Below, one piece after another: positions 1 through 6,906 of a stretch of 32,000 nucleotides of DNA. Origin of the DNA: Aciduliprofundum boonei T469. GTDB taxonomy: Archaea; Thermoplasmatota; Thermoplasmata; Thermoplasmatales; Aciduliprofundaceae. The stretch spans positions 600,001-632,000 of the forward strand of contig NC_013926.1 in assembly GCF_000025665.1 (NCBI RefSeq), in the 5' to 3' direction. The position numbers and the translations under genes are program-made. The notes under the pieces are model-generated. The model had not been told where the DNA came from. It saw only the letters and a list, made by a program, of their open reading frames with translations, and made no database searches. The number at the start of each line of letters is the position of its first letter. The first letter of the stretch is position 1.

Positions 1-330
1 AACCTTGTAGTACCTTCTTCTCTTCACAACCTTTGCAACTGGCTTGAATCCTAGGGAGATTAAAAGGTTTCGAGCTTTATTCAAATCATCGATTTTCAAA
101 TTAATCTCTTCCCGACTCTTTGTGTCTCTATCCACTCTCGGACCCTTATAAGTCATAGTATAATCGTTCCTGATGCGAAGAGCCTTATCTGTCTGCGCAA
201 AATCCCGGCATGGATGGTTAAAATACTCATCCTCTTCAATTACCTCTCTTACAAACTCCGCATTCAAACTTTTCAATTTTTTCTCAAACTCTTCCCTGTT
301 TTCAATCCTGGCCTTTATTTCCACTTCCAT
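1..330 (-). CDS. CYTH-domain protein (triphosphate tunnel metalloenzyme / class IV adenylate cyclase family), first 110 codons; gene runs off the left edge
   Basis: Not in ORF track (no stop inside window). Reverse-strand translation from ATG at 328-330: MEVEIKARIENREEFEKKLKSLNAEFVREVIEEDEYFNHPCRDFAQTDKALRIRNDYTMTYKGPRVD... The N-terminal ExExK signature (EVEIK) is the CYTH hallmark. Confidence 0.75.
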   Translation of the reverse strand, partial: MEVEIKARIENREEFEKKLKSLNAEFVREVIEEDEYFNHPCRDFAQTDKALRIRNDYTMTYKGPRVDRDTKSREEINLKIDDLNKARNLLISLGFKPVAKVVKRRRYYKV

Positions 331-505
331 CTTTCTTACCCCTTAACTCTTTTAGCCATCTCTCATAATCTTCCTCGTCGATCTCCACGATAAGCGAGCC
401 TATATATCCACAATTTTCGCATTTGTACTTCTCCCCAGTCACCATACCTGCAACATAATGGATATGCGTACTTCCGCAAACTGGGCATATTTTTATCTTT
501 GCCAC
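302..505 (-). CDS. Small zinc-ribbon protein (67 aa), function unknown
   Basis: ORF track. Two CxxC pairs (CPVCGS ... CENCGY) and an acidic/basic tail. Lies 16 nt downstream of ppa and overlaps the CYTH start by 29 nt, same strand. Confidence 0.7.
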   Translation of the reverse strand: MAKIKICPVCGSTHIHYVAGMVTGEKYKCENCGYIGSLIVEIDEEDYERWLKELRGKKDGSGNKGQD

Positions 506-521
506 ATAACTGGAGGGGCTT

Positions 522-1043
522 TTAAGAAGATATACTTTTCTCTCTTCTCTCCATTGCCCTCTTTATGGCCTCTTTTGCCTCTTCGGCACCTCGAAATCCC
601 ACAATTTTCACCCACTTGTTCTTTTCCAATTCCTTGTAATGCTCGAAGAAATGCTTAATCTGCTCAAGCACGCTGCTTTGCACATCTCTGATGTCCTCAA
701 TACCTTCATTTCTCGGGTCCACGGTGGGGTGAGGCACTGCGATGATTTTTCTGTCTGGGCCGTGCTCATCTTCAGTGACAAGCATGCCGATTGGTATCGC
801 TCTGACTAAAACGCCGTGTGGGAAAGAATCATAAGATATTACAAGGCAATCTATGGGGTCGTTATCCTCCTCCATAGTCTCTGGAATGAACCCATAGTTG
901 AAAGGGTAGAACGATGCTGTATGTAAAACTCTATCCACCTTAATGACATTCATCTCAAAATCGTACTCACATTTTATATTGCTCCCCTTCGGTACTTCGA
1001 TGAACACATAAATGTCCTCCGGGGGATTTTCTCCTGCTTTCAT
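522..1043 (-). CDS. ppa: Inorganic pyrophosphatase, family I
   Basis: 173 aa. Characteristic motifs YGFIPET and EEDNDPIDCLV; length typical of soluble PPase. Confidence 0.95.
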   Translation of the reverse strand: MKAGENPPEDIYVFIEVPKGSNIKCEYDFEMNVIKVDRVLHTASFYPFNYGFIPETMEEDNDPIDCLVISYDSFPHGVLVRAIPIGMLVTEDEHGPDRKIIAVPHPTVDPRNEGIEDIRDVQSSVLEQIKHFFEHYKELEKNKWVKIVGFRGAEEAKEAIKRAMERREKSISS

Positions 1044-1058
1044 ATAGAGTGATAGGAA

Positions 1059-1589
1059 TTATTCTATTTTATCTTTCACATTCTCGGGAAGGTAATCCTT
1101 GTTTCCAGTTTCTAAGTATTTGATTAGATTATCGGGTATTACCAGTGTTAATTTCTGTCTTCTTGGAATTATGATGCCCAGCACTATGTACCTGTCTGGA
1201 GGTATGTTCATACTGTATATTCTGAACATCTGAGGCCGAGTTATGACTATGAAATACGGAATCCATAGAGCAATGAATATTGATGCAAAAACTATGGTCT
1301 CTTTGCTTGGATTTTGCACTATGGTTGCTATTGCTAGACCCACTGATAATATCACTACCGTCGAGATGAGATATAGAAATTTATAATTTCGAAACACTAT
1401 GGAAGCACGCACAGTTCTCACTATGAAAAATGCAAGAAATACTATTACTGGAGTCATTATCCAGTCAGTGCCTACTCTCTCTGGACAGCATTGCATATCG
1501 TTGTAAATTGCAATAAGCATGAAAGCGAGGGTTATTATAGCCACAAATAATATTTCTTCTGCAAGACCCTTCTTTGTGTGATCCAGCAT
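1059..1589 (-). CDS. Integral membrane protein (about 4 TM helices plus a soluble C-terminal tail), unknown function
   Basis: Hydrophobic segments in the ORF-track protein. Track start 1610 is TTG; first ATG is at 1589 (MLDHTKKG...). Confidence 0.6.
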   Translation of the reverse strand: MLDHTKKGLAEEILFVAIITLAFMLIAIYNDMQCCPERVGTDWIMTPVIVFLAFFIVRTVRASIVFRNYKFLYLISTVVILSVGLAIATIVQNPSKETIVFASIFIALWIPYFIVITRPQMFRIYSMNIPPDRYIVLGIIIPRRQKLTLVIPDNLIKYLETGNKDYLPENVKDKIE

Positions 1590-1682
1590 CAAGGTATATA
1601 AGGAAATCAAGTATAATATTTTGGTCGTTAATTATTTATACTAAGATTCTGATGAAAGCAATTAAACTAAGGAGGCAGAGAG

Positions 1683-2006
1683 ATGATCGAGTTAAGAGTG
1701 CCGCCTAAACTGTTCCGAATTTTATCGTTTTACAAAGAGGACGAGTTTAATAGATTCTTGCACGAAAAATTGGTGGAATACAGAAGATATTTTGAATGGA
1801 ATAATAGAGAGGCCTTGCTCAAGAGAAAAAAGGAACTGGAAGAGAAGATAAAGAGGATGAAGGAAGAGCTTGAAGAATTAGAAGAGTTCTGCAAGGTTGC
1901 GGAGAAAGAGCAGAAAATGATGGAACGATGGATAGATGATATCGAGTATGAAAATCAAAATTTGATGAAGGAGTTGAGGAAAAATGGAGATTTTGTTAAA
2001 AACTAA
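1683..2006 (+). CDS. Small RHH-like + coiled-coil protein, module copy 1 gene A (107 aa)
   Basis: GGAGG lies 7 nt upstream of ATG 1683. N-terminus has a strand/helix/helix pattern ending DEFNRFLHEKL, followed by heptad-rich EELEEKIKRMKEELEELEE. Gapless paralog of 2489-2836. Confidence 0.75.
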   Translation: MIELRVPPKLFRILSFYKEDEFNRFLHEKLVEYRRYFEWNNREALLKRKKELEEKIKRMKEELEELEEFCKVAEKEQKMMERWIDDIEYENQNLMKELRKNGDFVKN

Positions 2007-2382
2007 GGGGGGCAGGAAGAAAAAGTGCAGAATATACACCAACAATGTGGGGGAGATAGAGTATTTGAGCAAGAAATTAGGAATTTCCAAAGAGAAAGTT
2101 CTGGAAGATGTAATACTGGGAAATAGGGTGGATGACGATGATAGTGAAGAAATTGCCAAGCTGAACGATGAGATAAACGGACTCTTGCAGGAGATGTTCA
2201 TTCTTGAGAGGAAATGGGCAGGGATGAGATACAAGGCATATTCATACATGAAGGAAAACAGGGCTGTGGCCATATCACTTGCAGGTTATCTGGCAAAGAA
2301 CAAGAATATAAGAAACTTGATGAATATGAAGAGAGAGCACAAGGATATGGAGAAGATAGTGGATAAATATCTTTGGATGTGA
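1984..2382 (+). CDS. Small RHH-like + helical protein, module copy 1 gene B (132 aa)
   Basis: ATG lies inside the AAT-GGA-G codons of gene A (+1 frame, 23-nt overlap). Basic N-terminus, then LGISKEKVLEDVIL (RHH helix-2-like). Gapless 132-aa paralog of 2790-3188. Confidence 0.75.
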   Translation: MEILLKTKGGRKKKCRIYTNNVGEIEYLSKKLGISKEKVLEDVILGNRVDDDDSEEIAKLNDEINGLLQEMFILERKWAGMRYKAYSYMKENRAVAISLAGYLAKNKNIRNLMNMKREHKDMEKIVDKYLWM

Positions 2383-2488
2383 ATTTTTGCGATAATTACT
2401 TATATTATTTTTCATTCGCATTTATAAGGTGATGGGGCCCACCAAACCGCCGCAAGGCTGATGGCTCCTTTTGAAAAAGGTGGTCCCT

Positions 2489-2836
2489 ATGCTCGAAATA
2501 GAGCTCTCCAAGGAATTGTTCGAAAAGATTCGCAGCATGAAAGAAGACGATTTCAATCGTTTTCTCTATGAGAGAATGGCTTCGATGAACAGGTATTTTG
2601 AGATGAATGATAAAGAAGCCCTGCTCAAGAGAAAAAAGGAACTGGAAGAGAAGATAAAGAGGATGAAAGAAGAGCTTAAAGAACTTACGGAATTCTGTGA
2701 TAAGGCCGAGAGGGACCAGAAAATGATGGAGCAGTGGATTGACGAACTTGGTATGGAAAATAAAGCACTTTTGATGGAGATGAGAGGAAATGGAGCTCCT
2801 GTTGAAAGCAGGAAAATTAAAGAAGAAAAAATTTAA
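2489..2836 (+). CDS. Small RHH-like + coiled-coil protein, module copy 2 gene A (115 aa)
   Basis: Track start 2471 is TTG. ATG 2489 is preceded by AAGGTGGT. Starts MLEIELSKELFEKIRSMKEDDFNRFLYERM, then a coiled coil. Paralog of 1683-2006. Confidence 0.75.
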   Translation: MLEIELSKELFEKIRSMKEDDFNRFLYERMASMNRYFEMNDKEALLKRKKELEEKIKRMKEELKELTEFCDKAERDQKMMEQWIDELGMENKALLMEMRGNGAPVESRKIKEEKI

Positions 2837-3188
2837 GCTTAACAAGCACACGGAGAAGCTGATGAAGGAAATATCTGCCAGTTATAATATTCCGGAGGAG
2901 AAAGTAGTGTCTCTCGCGCTTCAAGAGTACAGAGAGGAGAAGAAAGTGAATGAGGAGATGGAGAAGCTTAGAAAAGAAATAGATGACTTGCTTCAAGAGA
3001 TGTTCACCCTTGAGGGTAAGTGGGCATCCATTCGCTACAGGTCTCACACTTATGTGAAAGAAAACAGGAGTTTGGCAATAATACTTGCAGGATATTTAGG
3101 GGAGAACAAGAGTCTCAGAAACCTTATGAAGAAGAAGGGAGCTCATAAGGATATTGAAAAAGTGGTGGACTATTATCTCTGGCTTTAG
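2790..3188 (+). CDS. Small RHH-like + helical protein, module copy 2 gene B (132 aa)
   Basis: ATG lies inside the AAT-GGA-G codons of gene A2 (+1 frame, 47-nt overlap). KKFKLNKHTEKLMKEISASYNIPEEKVVSLALQEY resembles a CopG/Arc-type ribbon-helix-helix. Confidence 0.75.
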   Translation: MELLLKAGKLKKKKFKLNKHTEKLMKEISASYNIPEEKVVSLALQEYREEKKVNEEMEKLRKEIDDLLQEMFTLEGKWASIRYRSHTYVKENRSLAIILAGYLGENKSLRNLMKKKGAHKDIEKVVDYYLWL

Positions 3189-3242
3189 AGAAAGATTAAA
3201 TACCAGCATTTGCATTTTCATGCATTGATACCCAAGGACAGA

Positions 3243-4451
3243 ATGTTCTATAAATTTGCCGCATACGGATTTTTGAAGAACCTTAGATTATTTGAGCCGT
3301 TCATACTTTTGTTTTTCAAAGCTGCTGGATTATCTTACACTGAGATAGGAATTCTATATGCGATAAAAGAAGTATCAATTTATGTACTTGAGATTCCCAC
3401 GGGGGTTTATGCAGATGCGTTTGGGAGAAGACGCTCAATGCTTATGTCTATGGTCTCGTATATAATCGCATTTTTCATATTCTTCTCTTTTAGTTCCTTC
3501 TGGCTCTTTGCAGTTGCTATGGTTCTCTACGCTCTTGGAGATGCGTATAGAACGGGAACACATAAGGCTATGATTTTAGAGTACTTGAAAATCAGAAATA
3601 TCTCGCATAAGAAGGTTGAGTACTACGGTGCAACCCGCTCATATTCCCAGCTTGGTTCTGCGACCAATGCACTTCTTGCGGGATTTGTTGTGTTTTACAC
3701 TGGGAATTACAGGGATATATTCATAATCACCATACTTCCATACATATTCAATTTTATAAACTTGGCTACCTATCCAAAGATGCTGGATGGGGAGATAAGA
3801 AAGAGTGCAGGAAAGATTAGAGAGCAGTTTAAGAGAACCCTTGCTGATTTTAGATTAATGTTCAAAGATAAGATAGTTCTGAAGGCAGTAGTTAACTCTT
3901 CTCTGTTCTCTGCCTCTCATGAGGCAACAAAGGATTATCTCCAGGCAGTTCTACAAACTTTTGCTCTATCATTACCCATTTTATTGTTTTTGAGCGGAGA
4001 TAAGAGAACGGCTGTTGTGGTGGGCATTGTTTACTTTTTCATATACCTAATGACTGCATATGCATCTCGTAACTCTTACAAGATAGTGAAGAGAGTGGGC
4101 AACTTGGGAAGGGCGATAAATGCGACTCTTGTTTTGGGCGCATTGATAATCATTCTTGCGGGAGTGTTCTATCATATCAACTGGCTCATAATATCCATTG
4201 TGCTATTCCTCCTAATCTATGTTCTCCACAACATAAGGAGACCCATGAATGTGGGCTATATTGCAGATAGAATAAAGAGCAGAGTTATGGCCTCTGGATT
4301 GAGTGTAGAATCGCAAATCAAGACATTCATAGCGGCCGGCCTATCCATTCTTATGGGCTATCTTGCCGATGCTCTTGGAGTTGGGATGGCCCTTACACTA
4401 ATAGGTTTTATTGTGCTAATTTCAGCACCCCCATTCTTTGTTAAAGAGTAG
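3243..4451 (+). CDS. Major facilitator superfamily transporter
   Basis: About 400 aa with about 12 hydrophobic segments. MFS TM2-TM3 loop motif GVYADAFGRRRSM. Track start 3210 is TTG; first ATG is 3243. Confidence 0.8.
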   Translation: MFYKFAAYGFLKNLRLFEPFILLFFKAAGLSYTEIGILYAIKEVSIYVLEIPTGVYADAFGRRRSMLMSMVSYIIAFFIFFSFSSFWLFAVAMVLYALGDAYRTGTHKAMILEYLKIRNISHKKVEYYGATRSYSQLGSATNALLAGFVVFYTGNYRDIFIITILPYIFNFINLATYPKMLDGEIRKSAGKIREQFKRTLADFRLMFKDKIVLKAVVNSSLFSASHEATKDYLQAVLQTFALSLPILLFLSGDKRTAVVVGIVYFFIYLMTAYASRNSYKIVKRVGNLGRAINATLVLGALIIILAGVFYHINWLIISIVLFLLIYVLHNIRRPMNVGYIADRIKSRVMASGLSVESQIKTFIAAGLSILMGYLADALGVGMALTLIGFIVLISAPPFFVKE

Positions 4452-4512
4452 CCAAAGAATTAAATTGCATAGGTGTATATGGGGGTTTGTGAAGATAGAC
4501 AAGGAAAAGGCT

Positions 4513-4830
4513 ATGAAATCGTTTATAAAATATTCGATTATAATAGGCATATTTCTCTTTATCACACCTTATATAGTTTTCATCATAGGTATGGCGGTTA
4601 TGATAATAGGGGCATTCTCAACGAGTCCTACAATAAATTTACTTAGGTTTAGCAAAAAACGAGTTTTTAAATCTGCAGAGGTGGATGTAGACGATCTAGA
4701 AGACACGGATAAAATTTACAACATATCTTGGAAAGAGAGTTTGTTCATATTTGGCATAGGGGTTCTTCTCTTTATAATATCTTTAATGCTTTTAAGCTTT
4801 GGATGGAGAGGAATAATATTTATGCTGTAA
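4513..4830 (+). CDS. Small membrane protein (105 aa, about 3 TM), unknown function
   Basis: ATG 4513 (MKSFIKYSIIIGIFLF...) is preceded by AGGAAAAGG. The upstream part of the track ORF overlaps the MFS gene end and is non-hydrophobic. Confidence 0.55.
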   Translation: MKSFIKYSIIIGIFLFITPYIVFIIGMAVMIIGAFSTSPTINLLRFSKKRVFKSAEVDVDDLEDTDKIYNISWKESLFIFGIGVLLFIISLMLLSFGWRGIIFML

Positions 4831-4937
4831 TGCCGGGGCCGGGGTTTGAACCCGGGACCTTCGGATTTCTCAGGCTTGGAGGTGGAGATTAATATACCCT
4901 ATGAGTCCGACGCTCCACCAGGCTGAGCCACCCCGGC
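4831..4937 (-). tRNA. tRNA-Met (anticodon CAU; elongator type, Ile2-CAU not excluded) with a 33-nt intron at the canonical 37/38 position
   Basis: The reverse strand folds as a cloverleaf: acceptor GCCGGGG/CCCCGGC+A, D arm GCTC-AGCCTGGTG-GAGC, anticodon stem TCGGA/TCCGA with loop CTCATA|intron|A, variable AGGTC, T arm CCGGG-TTCAAAC-CCCGG. Mature length 74 nt. Intron is GGGTATATTAATCTCCACCTCCAAGCCTGAGAA. Bulge-helix-bulge is visible: CUCA pairs with intronic UGAG, flanked by 3-nt bulges UA|G and AA|A. No encoded CCA. Confidence 0.9.
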
Positions 4938-4945
4938 ACCAAAAA

Positions 4946-5671
4946 TTACTCCTCTTCTACCTGCATTTCTTTGCTCGGCTCTTCTTCCTCGCTCTCTGTG
5001 ATTTCCTCTTCGGGAGCCTCTACTTCAATCTCTTTCTTCTCTTCCTCTCTCTCAAGTTCAACAACCTTCTCCTCTGGGAAGACCAGGACTTCAGATTTTC
5101 TCACTTCAATCCTCCTAACTGGATAGGCAGGTTTCACAACCTTGGATAAATCTTTACGAACATCTTCACTCAGAAGATATTTTACATACTCTGAGAAAGT
5201 CATTTCGGTGGCTTTTGCAAAAAGATAATCCATAATTTTCTTTCTTATCTCACTCTTTATGGATGATTTTATCCTCTTATCAGGAACGGCAATTACCTTT
5301 ACACGGAGCTTATAGCCATCTGCTGTGAGCACGGGGAATATGGCATCTATTCTGCTCCTCCTCCTTCTCACCATCCTTCGAATGTAGTCCGTGGTCATCT
5401 CATGACCTATGAATCTCGTGTATGCATTTGTGCCTTGAATGCGGTTGATCTTGAAATACAGCTTGACATGCATCTTTTTGAAATCTCCGGTCAAATCGTA
5501 TAGGGTTGCTTCGGCAATTCTTCCAATAACCTTATTTGGATCATTGGCAGGAGTCATGCCCAATTCTTTAGCGCTAAAAGTATCCGGGGCTATTATCGTG
5601 TACCAGACCTTTGCCCTCCATTTATCACGAACCCTTCTTGCAGCGGCTCTCTCCGCTCTTTTGCTTGCCAT
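4946..5671 (-). CDS. rps3ae: 30S ribosomal protein S3Ae (eS1) with an acidic C-terminal extension
   Basis: 241 aa with typical S3Ae sequence (KVWYTIIAP..., FIGHEMTTDYIRRMVRRR). GGTGAT SD upstream. The last ~43 aa are Glu-rich. Confidence 0.95.
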   Translation of the reverse strand: MASKRAERAAARRVRDKWRAKVWYTIIAPDTFSAKELGMTPANDPNKVIGRIAEATLYDLTGDFKKMHVKLYFKINRIQGTNAYTRFIGHEMTTDYIRRMVRRRRSRIDAIFPVLTADGYKLRVKVIAVPDKRIKSSIKSEIRKKIMDYLFAKATEMTFSEYVKYLLSEDVRKDLSKVVKPAYPVRRIEVRKSEVLVFPEEKVVELEREEEKKEIEVEAPEEEITESEEEEPSKEMQVEEE

Positions 5672-5784
5672 GGGTAATCACCTTTGCGAAGGTAAATGGG
5701 CTTTCCTTTAAATAATTTTTGTAAATTGGTTTTATAGGCGCCTTTTAGCAGCAGTTTTATATTTATCCTTTGAAATGTAGTTTT

Positions 5785-6906
5785 ATGTTTGTATGCACTG
5801 CCTGTGGTAGAAAATTCTCCTTAGAAGAGCATCATCAGAGATGCCCAATTTGCAACGAGCCCTTGCAGTTGGAGAATATGAAGGGGAAGAGAAGAGATGG
5901 AAATGTGTGGGAGAGATACAGAGATTTTTATTCAATTCCTTTGAGCATGGATTACAGCTTGGGGGAGGGAGATACACCAATAATTCGAGTTGATATGTAT
6001 GGAAATGAGTTTTATCTCAAGAATGAGACTTTGAATCCAACTTGGAGCTTTAAAGATAGGGGTACTTTTGTGGCGATAAACAGGGCGATTCAAATGGGAT
6101 TTGATAGGATAGGCGTGGTATCCACTGGCAACATGGCTGCAAGTGTGGCTGCTTATGGGGCACATGCGGGATTGGATACGATAGTTCTTGTATCAGAGAA
6201 TATACTAAATGAGAAAATATCCCAACTTTTACCCTACGGGGCTAAGATTTTAAAAGTGAAAGGTGACTATGGAGAGCTGTATTTTAAATCTTTGAAAATC
6301 GGGAAAACGAGAAAAATATATTTTATGAACTCAGATGACCCTTTTCGAATAGAGGGCTATAAAACAATTGCATATGAGCTCGCCGAAAAGGTGGATGTGG
6401 ATTATGTTTTCGTGCCCACGAGTTCTGGAGGATTGTTCAGGGGTGTTTATAAGGGGTTTCTAGAGTTGAAGGAGAGTGGAACAATAGATAAAATTCCGGA
6501 GATGGTTGCTGTGCAAGCTAAGGGTTGCTCGCCAATATGCAGTGCTTATCCCTCAGGCAAAATTGGGAGATTTAAGAATGCAAGTACAATCGCACATGCG
6601 ATAGAGAATCCGTATCCTCCAAGCGGAAATGCTGTTCTAAGGATATTGAAAAAGAATGGGTGGAAATGTATTGCAGTTGAAGAGGATGAGATAATAAAAG
6701 CTCAAGAAGAGCTTGCTTATAAGGGAATTTTTGTTCAGCCTGCCTCTGCCACAACTCTTGCAGTCCTTAAAAAATTAAACTTGAAAAATTCAAGAATAGC
6801 CCTTATCTTAACAGGCTCAGGGCTCAAAACGAAAAGTATAGAATACTCAAAAACAATACCTTTATGTGATATTGAAGAGTTGGAAGATTGTGAGGTGTTT
6901 AAATGA
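5785..6906 (+). CDS. thrC: Threonine synthase (archaeal type with N-terminal zinc ribbon)
   Basis: PLP-lysine motif WSFKDRG. N-terminal CTACG...CPIC. Track start 5770 is TTG; ATG 5785 lies about 24 nt after TATA-like TTTTATATTTAT (near-leaderless). Confidence 0.9.
   Translation: MFVCTACGRKFSLEEHHQRCPICNEPLQLENMKGKRRDGNVWERYRDFYSIPLSMDYSLGEGDTPIIRVDMYGNEFYLKNETLNPTWSFKDRGTFVAINRAIQMGFDRIGVVSTGNMAASVAAYGAHAGLDTIVLVSENILNEKISQLLPYGAKILKVKGDYGELYFKSLKIGKTRKIYFMNSDDPFRIEGYKTIAYELAEKVDVDYVFVPTSSGGLFRGVYKGFLELKESGTIDKIPEMVAVQAKGCSPICSAYPSGKIGRFKNASTIAHAIENPYPPSGNAVLRILKKNGWKCIAVEEDEIIKAQEELAYKGIFVQPASATTLAVLKKLNLKNSRIALILTGSGLKTKSIEYSKTIPLCDIEELEDCEVFK

Noticed and set aside
2429-2461. C/D box sRNA: GTGATGG (C-like) and CTGA (D-like) at 2429-2461; also ATGATGA on the minus strand at 15399-15405.
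   Set aside because: The first has only 22 nt between the boxes, no C'/D' pair and an imperfect C box. The second has no CUGA within reach downstream. Neither fits the ~50-60-nt archaeal C/D architecture.
1984-2836. Possibility that A and B of each cassette are one protein made by programmed +1 frameshifting (conserved +1 overlap, A-rich runs nearby).
   Set aside because: Each B has its own in-frame ATG at a conserved position, and B starts with a complete RHH-like N-terminus. I see no conserved slippery heptamer shared by both copies. Translational coupling is the simpler reading, though frameshifting cannot be formally excluded without proteomics.
1878-3047. Antisense ORFs across the duplicated cassette (1878-2273, 2405-2851, 2817-3047).
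   Set aside because: This is the typical artefact of E/K-rich coiled-coil coding sequence (GAA/AAG read as TTC/CTT). The products are low-complexity F/L/S-rich, and the sense genes have SD sites and paralog support.
4901-5149. 82-aa + strand ORF starting inside the tRNA and running antisense through the rps3Ae tail.
   Set aside because: It overlaps a tRNA gene and a ribosomal protein gene; the product is low-complexity L/F-rich.
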